The position numbers and the translations under genes are program-made. Source: Eledone cirrhosa (taxonomy: Eukaryota). From it: 64,000 nucleotides of DNA. A model generated the notes under the pieces. That model was not told the DNA's origin. It worked only from the letters and a program-made list of their open reading frames with translations, and ran no database searches. The stretch covers positions 18,724,001 through 18,788,000 of the forward strand of contig OZ024743.1 of NCBI GenBank assembly GCA_964016885.1. Reading direction: 5' to 3'. How positions within the stretch are numbered: the stretch's first letter is position 1; every line of letters starts with the position of its first letter. Positions 14,165 to 28,411 of the stretch are shown here, one piece after another.

Positions 14165-14565
14165 AAAAGAATGAAACGAAATTTCATTTCTCACTTAGTC
14201 CGGCTCGTACTTAAATGCAAGTATGTATATATACGTACATACATATATGTATGCAGACGTACAGTAGTATGTATATGTATACATACATGCACACATATAT
14301 ATAAATGTACGTATGGGTTTACCGAACAATTATTATAATGCTCGGTTTTTTTGTAAACAAACAGCCCGAATTACGCCGTACAGTGTTCAGGCAACCATCG
14401 TCACCATTTTGTTCAACACTGACACAGGAACGATGTACTAGTTTCAAGCTTAAGAGCTATCGTCAGCATCGTATACCTTTCTGTCAGATTGTTGAACGTC
14501 TGAAAGTATATACTTTCCTTATGCATATTAATGGCTGAGCAGCCTAATTTGTATACCGAGTAGAT
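14165..14565 (-). mobile_element. Copy of the ~426-bp HHR-containing non-coding repeat (retrozyme-like)
   Basis: Homologous to the units at 31636-32580 and 38423-39420. Confidence 0.8.
14430..14472 (-). ncRNA. Type I hammerhead ribozyme of the retrozyme-like repeat
   Basis: ACGAUG-CUGACGA-U-AGCU-CUUA-AGCU-U-GAAAC-UA-GUA/CAUCGU. Stem I is a perfect 6 bp. Confidence 0.88.
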
Positions 14566-14585
14566 ATATATATATATACCTTTTC

Positions 14586-15199
14586 ATAATATTGTATTTT
14601 AAAGAGCTCAGGATCTCCTCTCCTTTGAGCATATTATTTACAGGGAATGACGAGGGTCTATGGCTCCGTTAATGTATCGTGATATTTCGCTCCTTATAAC
14701 AGCCATTCCTCTCTCTCTGTTTGGTTGAGCACACTTTTCTGAGTGGTTTTGGGCTGGGCTTTCTAGCAGCTGGTCCCTCAGAGGCCACTGGTTCACTGCA
14801 CTTAAACACGCTGTGACTTCTCTCTCCCACGTGTAGTTGGACGGTCGCTTTAATATTCTTTTAGTGTTGTCTGAAATGTATAGACTTACACACGCTGAAC
14901 CGAGGTTATTTCATTTCTGTCAACAACTTACTGGCGAAACAGATCTCTTTGGATGTGTACGTGTGTTATATAGTTACGCTTTAATTTAATATTTTTAATT
15001 ATCGTGTCTCTACTCTGCCTTTCATAGGTTATAGATTCCATTCACTGGTTGTTTTTCCCTGTTTTATTGATATCGCACTGTATCTCTCTCTAGTGTGTTA
15101 CCTTTTCAACATAATGTATTTTAAAGAGCTTAGGATCTCCTCTCCTTTGAGCACATTATTTACAGGGAATGACGAGAGTCTATGGCTCCGTTAATGTAT

Positions 15200-15208
<9 letters not shown>
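14586..15208. repeat. ~100-bp direct repeats (14586-14685 / 15110-15208) bounding a ~520-bp unit
   Basis: Two near-identical copies of TGTATTTTAAAGAGCTcAGGATCTCC...AATGTATCGTGATAT. Confidence 0.8.
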
Positions 15209-15613
<405 letters not shown>

Positions 15614-15851
15614 AACAAAATATCTGGTAGAAATTGTTGAGAAGCCAGAGGGGATTAGTAATGTAGGCGGGAAGCCGCTATAATTGGTTGAGAACTTCGT
15701 GTATTTGGAGCAAAGATTTGGAATATATATATATATAGCGGCGATGAATTAGTTTTGCGAGGTTTTTTATATGAAATCGTGTGTCGAAACAGTGAGTGTG
15801 TTCTGTTATTAATTCTGGCAATATTACACAAATATGATCCTCGTCAAGTAT

Positions 15852-15937
<86 letters not shown>

Positions 15938-16009
15938 GTAGGTACATAGAAAGAAAGATTGATCTGTAGCTAAATATGTATGTGTGTGTGCTTGTCATTC
16001 TACTTTAGC

Positions 16010-16047
<38 letters not shown>

Positions 16048-16779
16048 CGTCATAATTCATGCCTTCAATTTATTGTTTCGGAAACAGGCAATGATTGGAA
16101 TTTTGTTTATTGAAAATATTCAGATTTCCTGTTATGTATTTACCTGTCTCGTTAGGAAATTGAAAACATAAATTGAAATAAAGAAGTATGTCCGTGTTGA
16201 AAATCAAAAGTCGCTGTACTGAAAATCGAATTTGAATGAACATATTGTAAAATGAAATTTTCAGTGTAAATCTTCATTTTCTTTGCCTCGTTAATACTGT
16301 ACACTGCGTCACTTACAAAATCAACATCCTCAATCTAATATATACGATAAAATTCCGAAAGTCTTGTTTGTTGATGTGTTTATGTTATGTTTGAAACCGC
16401 TTTGTACATTCTGGTATTATGTTCATTGACTAACACCCGGGAAGCAGATGGCGAAGTAAACAATGATCAACTATTATGAAGTGGGCCAACGATTGTTATA
16501 TCTGACGTAGCACTTCTTCAAAAATACATGAAATTTCATGAAAGTAACGCAGGACATCTAGTGGTTTAGCCGATATATTTATGCGGTTTACTCCTATAAA
16601 AATATAGGGAAAATAAATGCTGATTGGGATGTATAAGTAAGTTTATGAAGTAATTCGAATATATGTGTGTGTCCTTTTGTGTGTGTTTACATATGATGTA
16701 TCTTACCGGTAACGCAGTGCATGGGCAAGTGCAACGGGACGCTGCTTGTTTTATCAATTCTCATTCAAATCCTGATCAG

Positions 16780-17100
16780 TGCCATAGTCCAGAAAATATC
16801 CTGGTAGGGAGAGCAATATTATTACACTCCAGTTGCTGCTGTCTTACAGGTTCCAATCTAATCCCCCAAATTATATATTTACACAATATTACAGGCAGCA
16901 ATTGTGCGTGAAAGTGAAAGTAGTTCGCCTGATCTTGGTTGTTGAAGATCTTATGAATATGCACAGACCACCTGCGATGTTTTCTGTCACAGAGACCTTT
17001 ACAGATTTGTCTTTAACTTCTACACAGCAGTTGCATTTTGAATGTGTACAATGTTTGGCATCTTGCTACTATGCCATTGTGCCATTGTTCCATTTCTACT
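16780..17100 (-). pseudogene. Possible LINE APE-endonuclease remnant
   Basis: Minus strand gives DRK..(A)GGLCIFIR followed by ..VNIY-like segments, resembling the APE motif DRxxxxGGGVxIYVR. Heavily broken. Confidence 0.3.
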
Positions 17101-18745
17101 ACCTGCCATTCCGGTTCCCCCCTTTACTCTTTAGCTAAGTGTTTTCATTTTTTAAACCAAAAATTAGTCATTAGTCATTTTTCTGTCCTCTGTTATTTAT
17201 GCTCAGCTGTACTAGTTTGTTGTGTGCTGTCTTACATAATTCAATTAGCTACCGTGACATATTCCCTGTACACTGTTGTATTATTGATTCTCTTCGTGTA
17301 TATATGATGGATGATTTTCAAAAAGCCGGTACAATACGGTAGAAATATAAAAATATATTACTCTGTTCTGTTTTATTTGTCATTATTTGCCATTTCTAAT
17401 TTTATAGCGCATGGTTACACCGTTTTAAAAATCCATGTGTTTTAATTACTTATCTACATTAATATATGTTACACCTCCACTTTGTTCTTATTATGTGTAT
17501 ATACATACACGATAGTTTGCTGCACTTTCCATCTACTAAATTCATCTCCAATCCATGGCTATAAGTAACAATTTATTTTTTCCTCAGCTGCATGGTAGCA
17601 AGACTGAGTAAAGGACCAGCAGGTTACGTATAGAACAACTACAATATTCAGCGATATATCAATATAAATATATGTCTGTATCTGTGTCTACGTTTTCTGA
17701 GATAGATCGATGAGCTGGATCTAACTATAACCCAAATGTGAGCATCCGTTTTACTGTTAGGTAAATTTTACTCATATTAATGAAAATAATCCTGAATATT
17801 AATAATCGTATTGAAACAGCTGGAAATGTAATGAAACATTTTTTTCTCGCCAGGCACGTAACGAAAAATATTTAACAAATTGTTTTGCTAAAGCGTTTCA
17901 TTTCTAACTTCATAGGACTATACGTGGTATTTATGTTTTCACGATCATAAATCGATTCATAAGTTTTATGCATTTCTTATTAATATATCTCATTCCCGAA
18001 GATAAAATATTATGATAAATATTGGGAAATGTTGTATCTCATATCAGGCTTATAACAATACATAAATATTTATACATGTATAGATAAATACACACACACA
18101 TACACATACAAACAGACAGATATATATAAGTGGAAAATGCACAAGGTTAATTAAGACGAACATGCAGCAACAACTTTACCTCTGCAGCTATATTTGCTGG
18201 CGTACATGTATGCACACCAAGATGATATTAGACTTACAATGTCTAATGACCGAATAAATTAGAAGAGAACCGCTCTGATGGAAGGATGCCTGTGAAATGA
18301 TAGCAAAACAAAGAAGATAGGGCAAAATGTACGGGTGATTTCGATCCGTAAAACCATTACAATTAGAAATAAGCAGACAATGAATGCACTATGGTCTATA
18401 TGAAACATGTAAACGCTCGAAAAGAAAAATTGAAACATTAGATTCTTGACACAATTCATCACCATATAGCACGAATTATATGGTTGGGTTGCAGTGCTGA
18501 AGACGTAACGTCTCCTATGTACAAATTCTGATTGACATAGTTCTTCTGCTGAAAGAGATGAGAGAACGAGAGTGAGAAAAACGAAGATATATTCGAGGAA
18601 ATTAGAGAGGGAGAGAGAGGATAGGAATAGTGCAGAGGGAGAATAGTATATAGGTGTCACGCGTTCATCGAAACAACACGGCAGGTTAGATGTATATATA
18701 TATATTATGAAAATAAACCAAAGAAGCCTTCAATACATCAAAAGT

Positions 18746-18799
18746 CTTTATTAGCCAACAATGATTCGTCCTATTAAGGACTCATCAGGGCAATTAAAG
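18746..18799 (-). ncRNA. Hammerhead, inverted-arm copy with GAAUC mutation
   Basis: GCC-CUGAUGA-GUCC-UUAAUA-GGAC-GAAUC-AUU-GUU/GGC. A15.1 is changed to U. Confidence 0.7.
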
Positions 18800-19793
18800 C
18801 TATAAGAAGCACTATCGGCCAATACAAGCCAAAAACTCAGAAGAATATGGAGTGTACATACACTAAAGCATATGAAAATTATCGGGTAAAAATTGCTAAG
18901 GAAGTGAATAACATTTTGAACCATATTACAAATATAGTCCAATGCAAAAACTAAAGCTAAACAAAGGTGGTGATATAGAGCGTTAATTATTGTACTATAT
19001 ATAATATAATATAATATAATATAATATAATATAATATAATTGATAATGAAAATAATAATAATAATATTAAAAGGCCCAATATACATATATATATATATAT
19101 ACATAAGTACATATATATACATATATATCAATACACATTTCCATCAATACAAGCACAAACTACCCCTTATAAAGAGTTTAAATATAAATAAGAATAATAA
19201 GAATAATAAGAATAATAAGAATAATAAGAATGAAAATAAAAATAAAAATAAAAATAAAAATAAAAATAAAAATAAAAATAAAAATATAATACATATATTA
19301 TTTACAGTATAAAATGAAGAAGAAATGATTAAAAGTAAACATATAATATATAATAAACTATATCATTATATAATAGATAAGCTCCGGTTAATTTGCACAA
19401 ATAATATAAATGTTACAATAACACTATAATAACAATATTATAATATAATGGCATGTAACTTAACAAATCATATAGAGTTACAGACCGGGTGAGAAAAAAT
19501 AAATTATGTTGGAAAAATATCAAAACAATTGAAAGAAAACAGATGGAGGTCACATTTATCTACAATTGGTGTAAATAAATATTATCCAAACATTACAAAA
19601 ATTATAAAAATATAAACATATTACAGAATTTACAAAACTTAACATAACATAATGTTACATTTAATAATCGGTAAATAATAAAGATCAGTAGTACGTTTAC
19701 AAAGAGTGGAATTATATAAAAATTTCAATATAAAATATTGAACATAGTATAATATACATAATTACGTGGTTGGTGTGTAACTGTAGGTTGAAG

Positions 19794-20246
19794 TGTAACT
19801 GTAGAGTGAGTGCTAACTGCCCTTTAAACGGTAACTGCCTCTCTAAGAACATCGTTTATGCTTGTGTAGTTAAAACAAATACCTCTAATAGCACATATAT
19901 AGGCTCTACATCTAACACTTTTAAGACTAGGTTTAATTCTCATATCTCTAATTTTAAACATGTTAAGTTTAAGAATTCTACTTCTTTAGTACACCATATC
20001 TGGGATCTTAAGGGGGCTAATATACCATATAGCCTTAATTGTCGAATAGTAGCACGCTCTAATAACCTTTCAACACATACTAAATTTTGTAATCTCTGTA
20101 TCCTTGAGACCCACTTCATAATTTTCTCTAGGGAAACCTTACTTAATAGAAAGTCTGAGATATTCTCTTCTTTCCCACACGCCATTTCAAATTCTTACTT
20201 TTATTATAAACCTAAAGGTTCTAGTAGTGTAAATTGTTTCCATTAG
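19794..20246 (+). pseudogene. PLE linker zinc motif + GIY-YIG endonuclease fragment
   Basis: CNCRVSANCPLNGNCL, IVY...YIGST..FKTRF, CNLCILE and LLNRKSE. Confidence 0.9.
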
Positions 20247-21519
20247 CTGCTATATTCCCTTATCTTTTTAGTTTAGGTTCATTTTGTTTACCACCATCAT
20301 TATCATTATTATTATTATTGGTTTTTACCAGCTTTTCATTCTAGCTTTCATAGTCCTTTGGCTACCATACCATATCTATATTATATTTTCACTATTAACA
20401 CATTATGAGTTTATATTTGATTATATATTTTATTTTATTTTATTTTATTTTGATTCTTCTTTGGATAATTAACTCCCTCCCCTGTCCCCCCCCCCGCCCA
20501 ACACACTTGTCATTCGCCCCTTCAAATATACTATAATTATATTCAATCCCCTTTTATGCTCCTTTCTATTATATAATACAATATATTGATTATGATTTTT
20601 TGCTCCTTCGTATCCTCCATACATCTCTTTTTTCTGTCCCCATCGGCCTACCATAATTCTACTTAAAGTCCGTTTATTAGATAACGTTATTCAACTGATA
20701 GTAGAATATTTCATTTTTTTCCAGATATGTTTATATTTTTATAGTGATATCTTAAGCTTTGGAGATTTTGATTAGTTAAACCATAGCTAATTTTGTATTG
20801 ACTTATTATGTATTTTAAATACTTTCAATATTAATTAATTTAATAGGGTTTTCTAGTCATTTATCCGGGTTTGTTTCCTAAATTTTTTACTTAACTGCAT
20901 GTGACACCTAAGTAAATACTTTTGTTTTTGTTTTTCGATTTCCGGTTGATTTTATTTATATATTTATACTATCGCGTGTAGTTTTCTGTCTGATTTTTAT
21001 TCATTTATTCACAAATGTCTGTTCACCAACCACGTAATTAAGTATATTATACTATGTTCAATATTTTATATTGAAATTTTTATATCATTCCACTCGTTGT
21101 AAACGTACTACTGATCTTTATTATTTACCGATTATTAAATGTAACATTATGTTATGTTAAATTTTGTAAATTCTGTAATATGTTTATATTTTTATAATTT
21201 TTGTAATGTTTGGATAATATTTATTTACACCAATTGTAGAGAAATGTGACCTCCATCTGTTTTCTTTCAATTGTTTTGATATTTTTCCAACATAATTTTT
21301 CCAACATAATTTAGTTCTGTACAATATTTTTTCTCACCCGGTCTGTAACTCTATATGATTTGTTAAGTTATATGCCATTATATTATAATATTGTTATTAT
21401 AGTGTTATTGCAACATTTATATTATTTGTGCAAATTATAATTATATAGTTTATTATATATTATATGTTTACTTTTAATCATTTCTTCTTCATTTTATACT
21501 GTAAATAATATATGTATTA

Positions 21520-21710
21520 TATTTTTATTTTTATTTTTATTTTTATTTTTATTTTTATTTTTATTTTTATTTTTATTTTTATTTTTATTTTTATTTTTAT
21601 TTTTATTTTTATTTTTATTTTTATTTTTATTTTTATTTTTATTTTTATTTTTATTTTTATTTTTATTTTTATTTTTATTTTTATTTTTATTTTCATTTTT
21701 ATTTTCATTT
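21520..21710. repeat. (ATTTTT)n hexanucleotide array
   Basis: About 30 visible units. Confidence 0.95.
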
Positions 21711-21823
21711 GTATTCTTATTATTCTAATTATTCTTATTTATATTTAATCTCTTTATAAGGGTTAGTTTGTGCTTGTATTGATGGAAATGTGTATTGATA
21801 TATATGTATATATGTGTACATAT

Positions 21824-21855
<32 letters not shown>

Positions 21856-22143
21856 TGGGCCTTTTAATATTATTATTATTATTATCATTATCAATTATAT
21901 TATATTATATTATATTATATTATATTATAAATAGTACAATAATTCCCGCTCTATATCACCACCTTTGTTTAGTTTTAGTTTTTGCATTGGACTATATTTG
22001 TAATATGGTTCAAAATGTTATTCACTTCCTTAGCAATTTTTACTTGATAATTTTTCCCCGATAATTTTCCTATGCTTTAGTGTATGTATACTCCATATTC
22101 TTCTGAGTTTTTGGCTTGTATTGGCCGATAGTGCTTCTTATAG

Positions 22144-22197
22144 CTTTAATTGCCCTGATGAGTCCTTAATAGGACGAAACATTGTTGGCTAATAAAG
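22144..22197 (+). ncRNA. Type I hammerhead ribozyme, canonical core
   Basis: CUUUA..GCC-CUGAUGA-GUCC-UUAAUA-GGAC-GAAAC-AUU-GUU/GGC..UAAAG. Confidence 0.9.
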
Positions 22198-22899
22198 ACT
22201 TTTGATGTATTGATGGCTTCTTTGGTTTATTTTCATAATTCTTCGACTCTGTTTAATTACATTGAGCTATACATTTACTGTCATTTCTATAATACGAAGA
22301 GGGTGTTTAAGTCCAACACACTCTAGTATTTTAATTCTTGTATATATATATATATATATATAGATGAGATTCTACAGGACTAGAAATATTTCATTCTTTA
22401 GAAATCATCAGGAATCTGGGTATGAAAAAATAAGTAACGTATTTATAGGTCTCTTCAGGTGGTAGGAGAGGGTATGAAGTGAGATGGGTGTAGGTCATTG
22501 GTTGATAGAAAAGGGAATTCATTAAAAGCCTATTCTTCAAAGCTATAGTTTATTTTTAGAGTAACAAAGGTAGAAAGAATTCTATAAACAAGTTGAGGAT
22601 GGGGTGCCACTCCTTATTTTTCATTTTCTCTTAAGCTAACAGGTGTCTATAAGATCATTGGGGGTCATTTTGGTTGATGGAATTAAAGAAAAGGGAATCT
22701 ACTGTAAAAGCTAAATTCTTTAAGGTTCTACTAAGTGACAAAGGCCTAGAGAATTCTGTAGACCAATTCAAAATATTGAGTGCATATCATACGATTATCT
22801 GCAAATTTCTCTTAAACTATTCAACTATATGCCAAAAATCAACAGACACATTCAGAAACACACTCACTCACACACTCACGCGCACCCACATACACCCAC

Positions 22900-22934
<35 letters not shown>

Positions 22935-23017
22935 TACATATATACACACATACATATACATATATATATATACACACATACACACACATATACATATACA
23001 CACATACACTTACATAC

Positions 23018-23048
<31 letters not shown>

Positions 23049-23082
23049 CATATTTATATATATATATATATATATACACATA

Positions 23083-23133
<51 letters not shown>

Positions 23134-23645
23134 TCACAAATTTACACACATACATATAGATATAGATATATATATAGTAATAATAATAAATTTGAAGACT
23201 AAAATCCTAATATATATATATATTTTAATAAATATATATATATATATATATATTTAATACATTATCAGAGAAAGCCTTAAGCTATACTCTGACTGGCTTC
23301 CATCTCACTCAACAAACATTAGGATATACCTTAGTATAACCCCAATTTTACGTTTGGGTGCTAACTATAAGTATTTTGCGGATAGCCAGTTGTATTATCT
23401 TATATGAGACATAATTAAATGCATCTCCCTTTCCAAACAATTGTTTCATTATAAGTTTTCTACAATTTGGGAAAAATGTATCCAGGTTATGTAGAAGCCT
23501 TCACATAGTCCGTAGGAACTATGTGTGTGTAGATATGTGTATATATGTGTATATATATGTATATGTATATATGTATGTGTGCACACGTATGTGTGTATAT
23601 GTTTGTGTATGTGTGTATATGTGTATGTGTAGGTGTATGTATGTA

Positions 23646-23677
<32 letters not shown>

Positions 23678-23907
23678 CACACACATACATACATACACCT
23701 ACATATACACATATACGCACATATATACAGACATACATGTGCACACACACATATATACATATACATATCTATATATATACACATATATACACACACATAC
23801 ATATATACATATATACACACATATACACATATATACATATATGCATATATACAAAAAAAAATATATATATATACATATATACACATATATACATATACAC
23901 ACATATA

Positions 23908-23955
<48 letters not shown>

Positions 23956-23962
23956 TACATAT

Positions 23963-24011
<49 letters not shown>

Positions 24012-24249
24012 TATATATATACACACGCACACACATATATTCACATATATACACACATACACACATATATAAATAAATTAATACACACACAGAGAGAACC
24101 CACACAAACACATACACACATATATATACACACACACACATGTATATACACATATATATATACATACATACACACATATATATATATATAAAATATTAAA
24201 CAAATAATGAATAAACAATGAGACAGTTCCTTATATTAAACAAAAAAAG

Positions 24250-24403
24250 TTCATTATTTAACGATCGTTTCTAGGATATATATGTGTTAGAATTGGCATG
24301 CATATTCAACAGATCTATGTACAAAATTATACAAAATTATACAAACTATCAAGGTTAAATATACATACCAACACATATATACGCCGTCTTCAGAAATAAT
24401 GAA
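24250..24403 (-). ncRNA. Type I hammerhead with 115-nt hairpin stem II (sense copy)
   Basis: Reverse complement of the 29772-29925 motif, with intact CUGAAGA / GAAAC / GUU. Confidence 0.8.
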
Positions 24404-25034
24404 GTATATTTATTGATAATAACAACAATTAAAAATTTCAGGTCCGTTTGGGAACAAAATTGACCAATGAAAACACAAAAGGTTAAATGCAGTTCGGTGT
24501 GTGTATACACATGTAAAACCCTTACACATATTTTACAAAAATGTATGTATAATTTGTATACGCATACTAAAAGGATGGATGCAAATACAAAATTTCAAGG
24601 TTAATGTCTCAGTAAGTTTATAATGCACAGATAAGATGCGTATAGACACACAAATATGAAATTAAGTATATAAATATATTTTTTCATACTCACACATATC
24701 CGTACAATCACACATACACGCGCGTATATGCATAAATATACACATAACCACGAACATACAAACACACACACACCCCCACTCACATTTATATATGTGGATA
24801 TAAAATCATAAGCACATGGATATTAATTCACTCACATAAACACTGGCACACACATTTAGATCAAGATACAGAAATTAGGTGGGAGGGGGGGGGGAGGTCA
24901 GTATTCAACGGTCTGGGCCGACTGCTTAATATAGATGTATCTATAAACTAAGAAAATAAAAAATAATAAATAATAAATAAACATTAAAGAGGAAAGAATA
25001 GAAAGAAAAAAGAAAAAAGAAATATATCAAGAAA

Positions 25035-25109
<75 letters not shown>

Positions 25110-25257
25110 CACACACACACACACATACATATATATACACACATATACAAACACATACATACATATACACACATCCACACTAAGAACATACATACATACA
25201 CATATATAAACATATACATATACACGCATATATACATATACACATATACATATAAAT

Positions 25258-25298
<41 letters not shown>

Positions 25299-25626
25299 CA
25301 TGTATATACACACATACATATACATACAATCACACATACTATATAGACACACATATATATAAAACCTCACACATACACGCACATATACAACACTTACATA
25401 CTTATATACATACAGATATACACATACATAGCTATATATACACACAAATATATACAGATTTACATACATACATACAGACAAATACTTACGCATCTATATA
25501 TCGGTATATACATACAAACACCACTACACTATCACACAACTTAGACATACAAAGAGAAAGGTATATACCTATACACACATACATATACAAATAGAAAAAC
25601 ATATAGATATATATATATATATATAT

Positions 25627-25673
<47 letters not shown>

Positions 25674-25892
25674 CATACATATACTCATACACACACATAC
25701 ACATACATACACATACATACATGTACACACACATAGAAATATATACGCATACACACATACACACATACATATAAAGTCATACACACACATACACCTACAC
25801 GAACGTACACATACACATATATAAAGATATATATACACACACACACACACACATACACACACACACATATATATAAAAAATAAATAATAAAG

Positions 25893-25941
<49 letters not shown>

Positions 25942-26300
25942 CATATATATATACATATATATATACACACACACATACATACACACATACATAGACATAC
26001 ATGTACATACATACACATACATAGATATACATACATATATATATACACACATAGACATATACATACATACACACACAACTTACATACACACATATATATA
26101 CATATACATTCATACATAGAATTAGATATATAATCATACATACATATGCACTTACATATACTCATATATACAAATACATACGCATCCATATATGCGTATA
26201 TACATAGAAACACCACTACAACCTCACCCAACTCAGACATACAAATAAAAATAAAAATAAAAAGGCATATGCATATACATATATACACGCATTAATAGAG

Positions 26301-26360
<60 letters not shown>

Positions 26361-26593
26361 ATTCACATATATATATACACATACCCACACACACATACCA
26401 CCATAAATACACATATATACACCCACATATACATATATATATACACATATATATATATAAATATATACACACACATAATAAAAAACAGACATGCACATAT
26501 ATATAATTTTTTTACACTTATATATACACATATTATATACATATACACACCCTCACATATACACACATACACATAAGTTATATTATAATAATA

Positions 26594-26636
<43 letters not shown>

Positions 26637-26748
26637 CACATATATATATATATATATACATACATATATATATACACATATATATACACATATATACATA
26701 TACACATATACACACATACGAATATAGACATATATACACACATAGACA

Positions 26749-26796
<48 letters not shown>

Positions 26797-27005
26797 TACA
26801 TATACACAGACACATATACACACTCACATATATATGTGTGTGTACACACACATATATACACATACACACATATACACATAAACACATAAATGTGTATACA
26901 TGCACACACACACATATATCTACATAGATACGAAGATAGACATATAAATAGAGAGACATACATATATATACACAACCACACATACACACACATACATACA
27001 CACAC

Positions 27006-27080
<75 letters not shown>

Positions 27081-28411
27081 CACATACACACATTCACATA
27101 CACACACATATACACATGCATATATACACATATATACATACATACACACACACATATATACACACACAATCTTACATTCATATTTGCATGCGCATATATG
27201 TATTTTTATATTCAGATATAAATACCCAAACATATATACATACCTACCTACATATATATCCATACATACACGCTTACAAATACAGATGATAATAGTATAG
27301 GGGAAAGGGGGGGTTTGGAGAAGGGGATTATAGTAAATATATGTTTCAAGAAACATAGAATATTATCCGTATCTTGATCCAATGTATGTTTTTACATAGT
27401 TTCAGTGTTAGGAAATACAATAAACGAGAAATAAGGCAAAATTTATGCATTTCAAAATAAACAAGTATACCATTAATTATATGTTAACTAAACTAAAGAT
27501 AGTTAACATATTGATTTCTAAGGTGTAAATTAGTTAGGTATATAATATTTGAAGCAGAATTTTGAAGTTAAATAGTAGAAGAGTATTAATTATAGTATAA
27601 CTAAATTAAAGTTAATAACGTTATGGTATCAATATTAGGAAATGAATTTAGTAATAGGGAAAAAACAAATAAAGTATTACATCGGTAGTAGAATAAAAAT
27701 TATAGGTTAATTAAATTAAAAATTATATATTTATTTCTATAGTATATGTTAATTAGGTATATAATAAATAAAACAGATATTGTATTTTATCAATAGCAGA
27801 ATATAATTATATGCAAATAGAAATCAAAATTAATACATATACATATACATATACATACACATACATATATACATATATATACACATATATATATACATAT
27901 ATACACATATACATACACACACACATACACATCCACATATACATATACATATTTTTTTCAAAAATTGCATAGAATATATTAACTAGGTATATATCCAAAA
28001 CACATCCCATTCTATGATTACATGACATTATGCAATTCGTCTGTATAAGGATACTAATTTTAAGCAAATTAAATTAAAATTTTAGGTTGATTAAAATTAA
28101 AACCGAATTATAAATATATTTCTAAAATGTATATTAATTAGGTCTATAATACTAAAAATTATTTCTCTGTCATTGGATACACGATATTATTTTGTTATAT
28201 TTTATCTGTAAAAAAATTATAATAAAAGGTTTAAATAAATTAAAATTAATCTATAAATTAAATTACTAAGTATATATTAGTAATATTTAAAGGTTTTTCA
28301 CAATTTATGATTACATAATATTTTATATTCTCATCTGTAATAAAATTTTAATTAAATTAAATTTATAGGTTAACTAACATTTAAATTAAATTAATTTCTA
28401 AAATAATGTTA

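Larger units (their letters stand above)
18704..22345 (+). mobile_element. 5'-truncated Naiad-type PLE (family C) with a 1.07-kb 5' inverted pLTR
   Basis: GIY-YIG remnant at 19794-20246. 18704-19775 is the reverse complement of 21024-22239. HHR in both arms. TA flanks. Confidence 0.9.

Noticed and set aside
22350-23520. Possible old PLE coding remnant on the minus strand
   Set aside because: Only faint similarity (KNLAF, CYS..N), too degraded to call.
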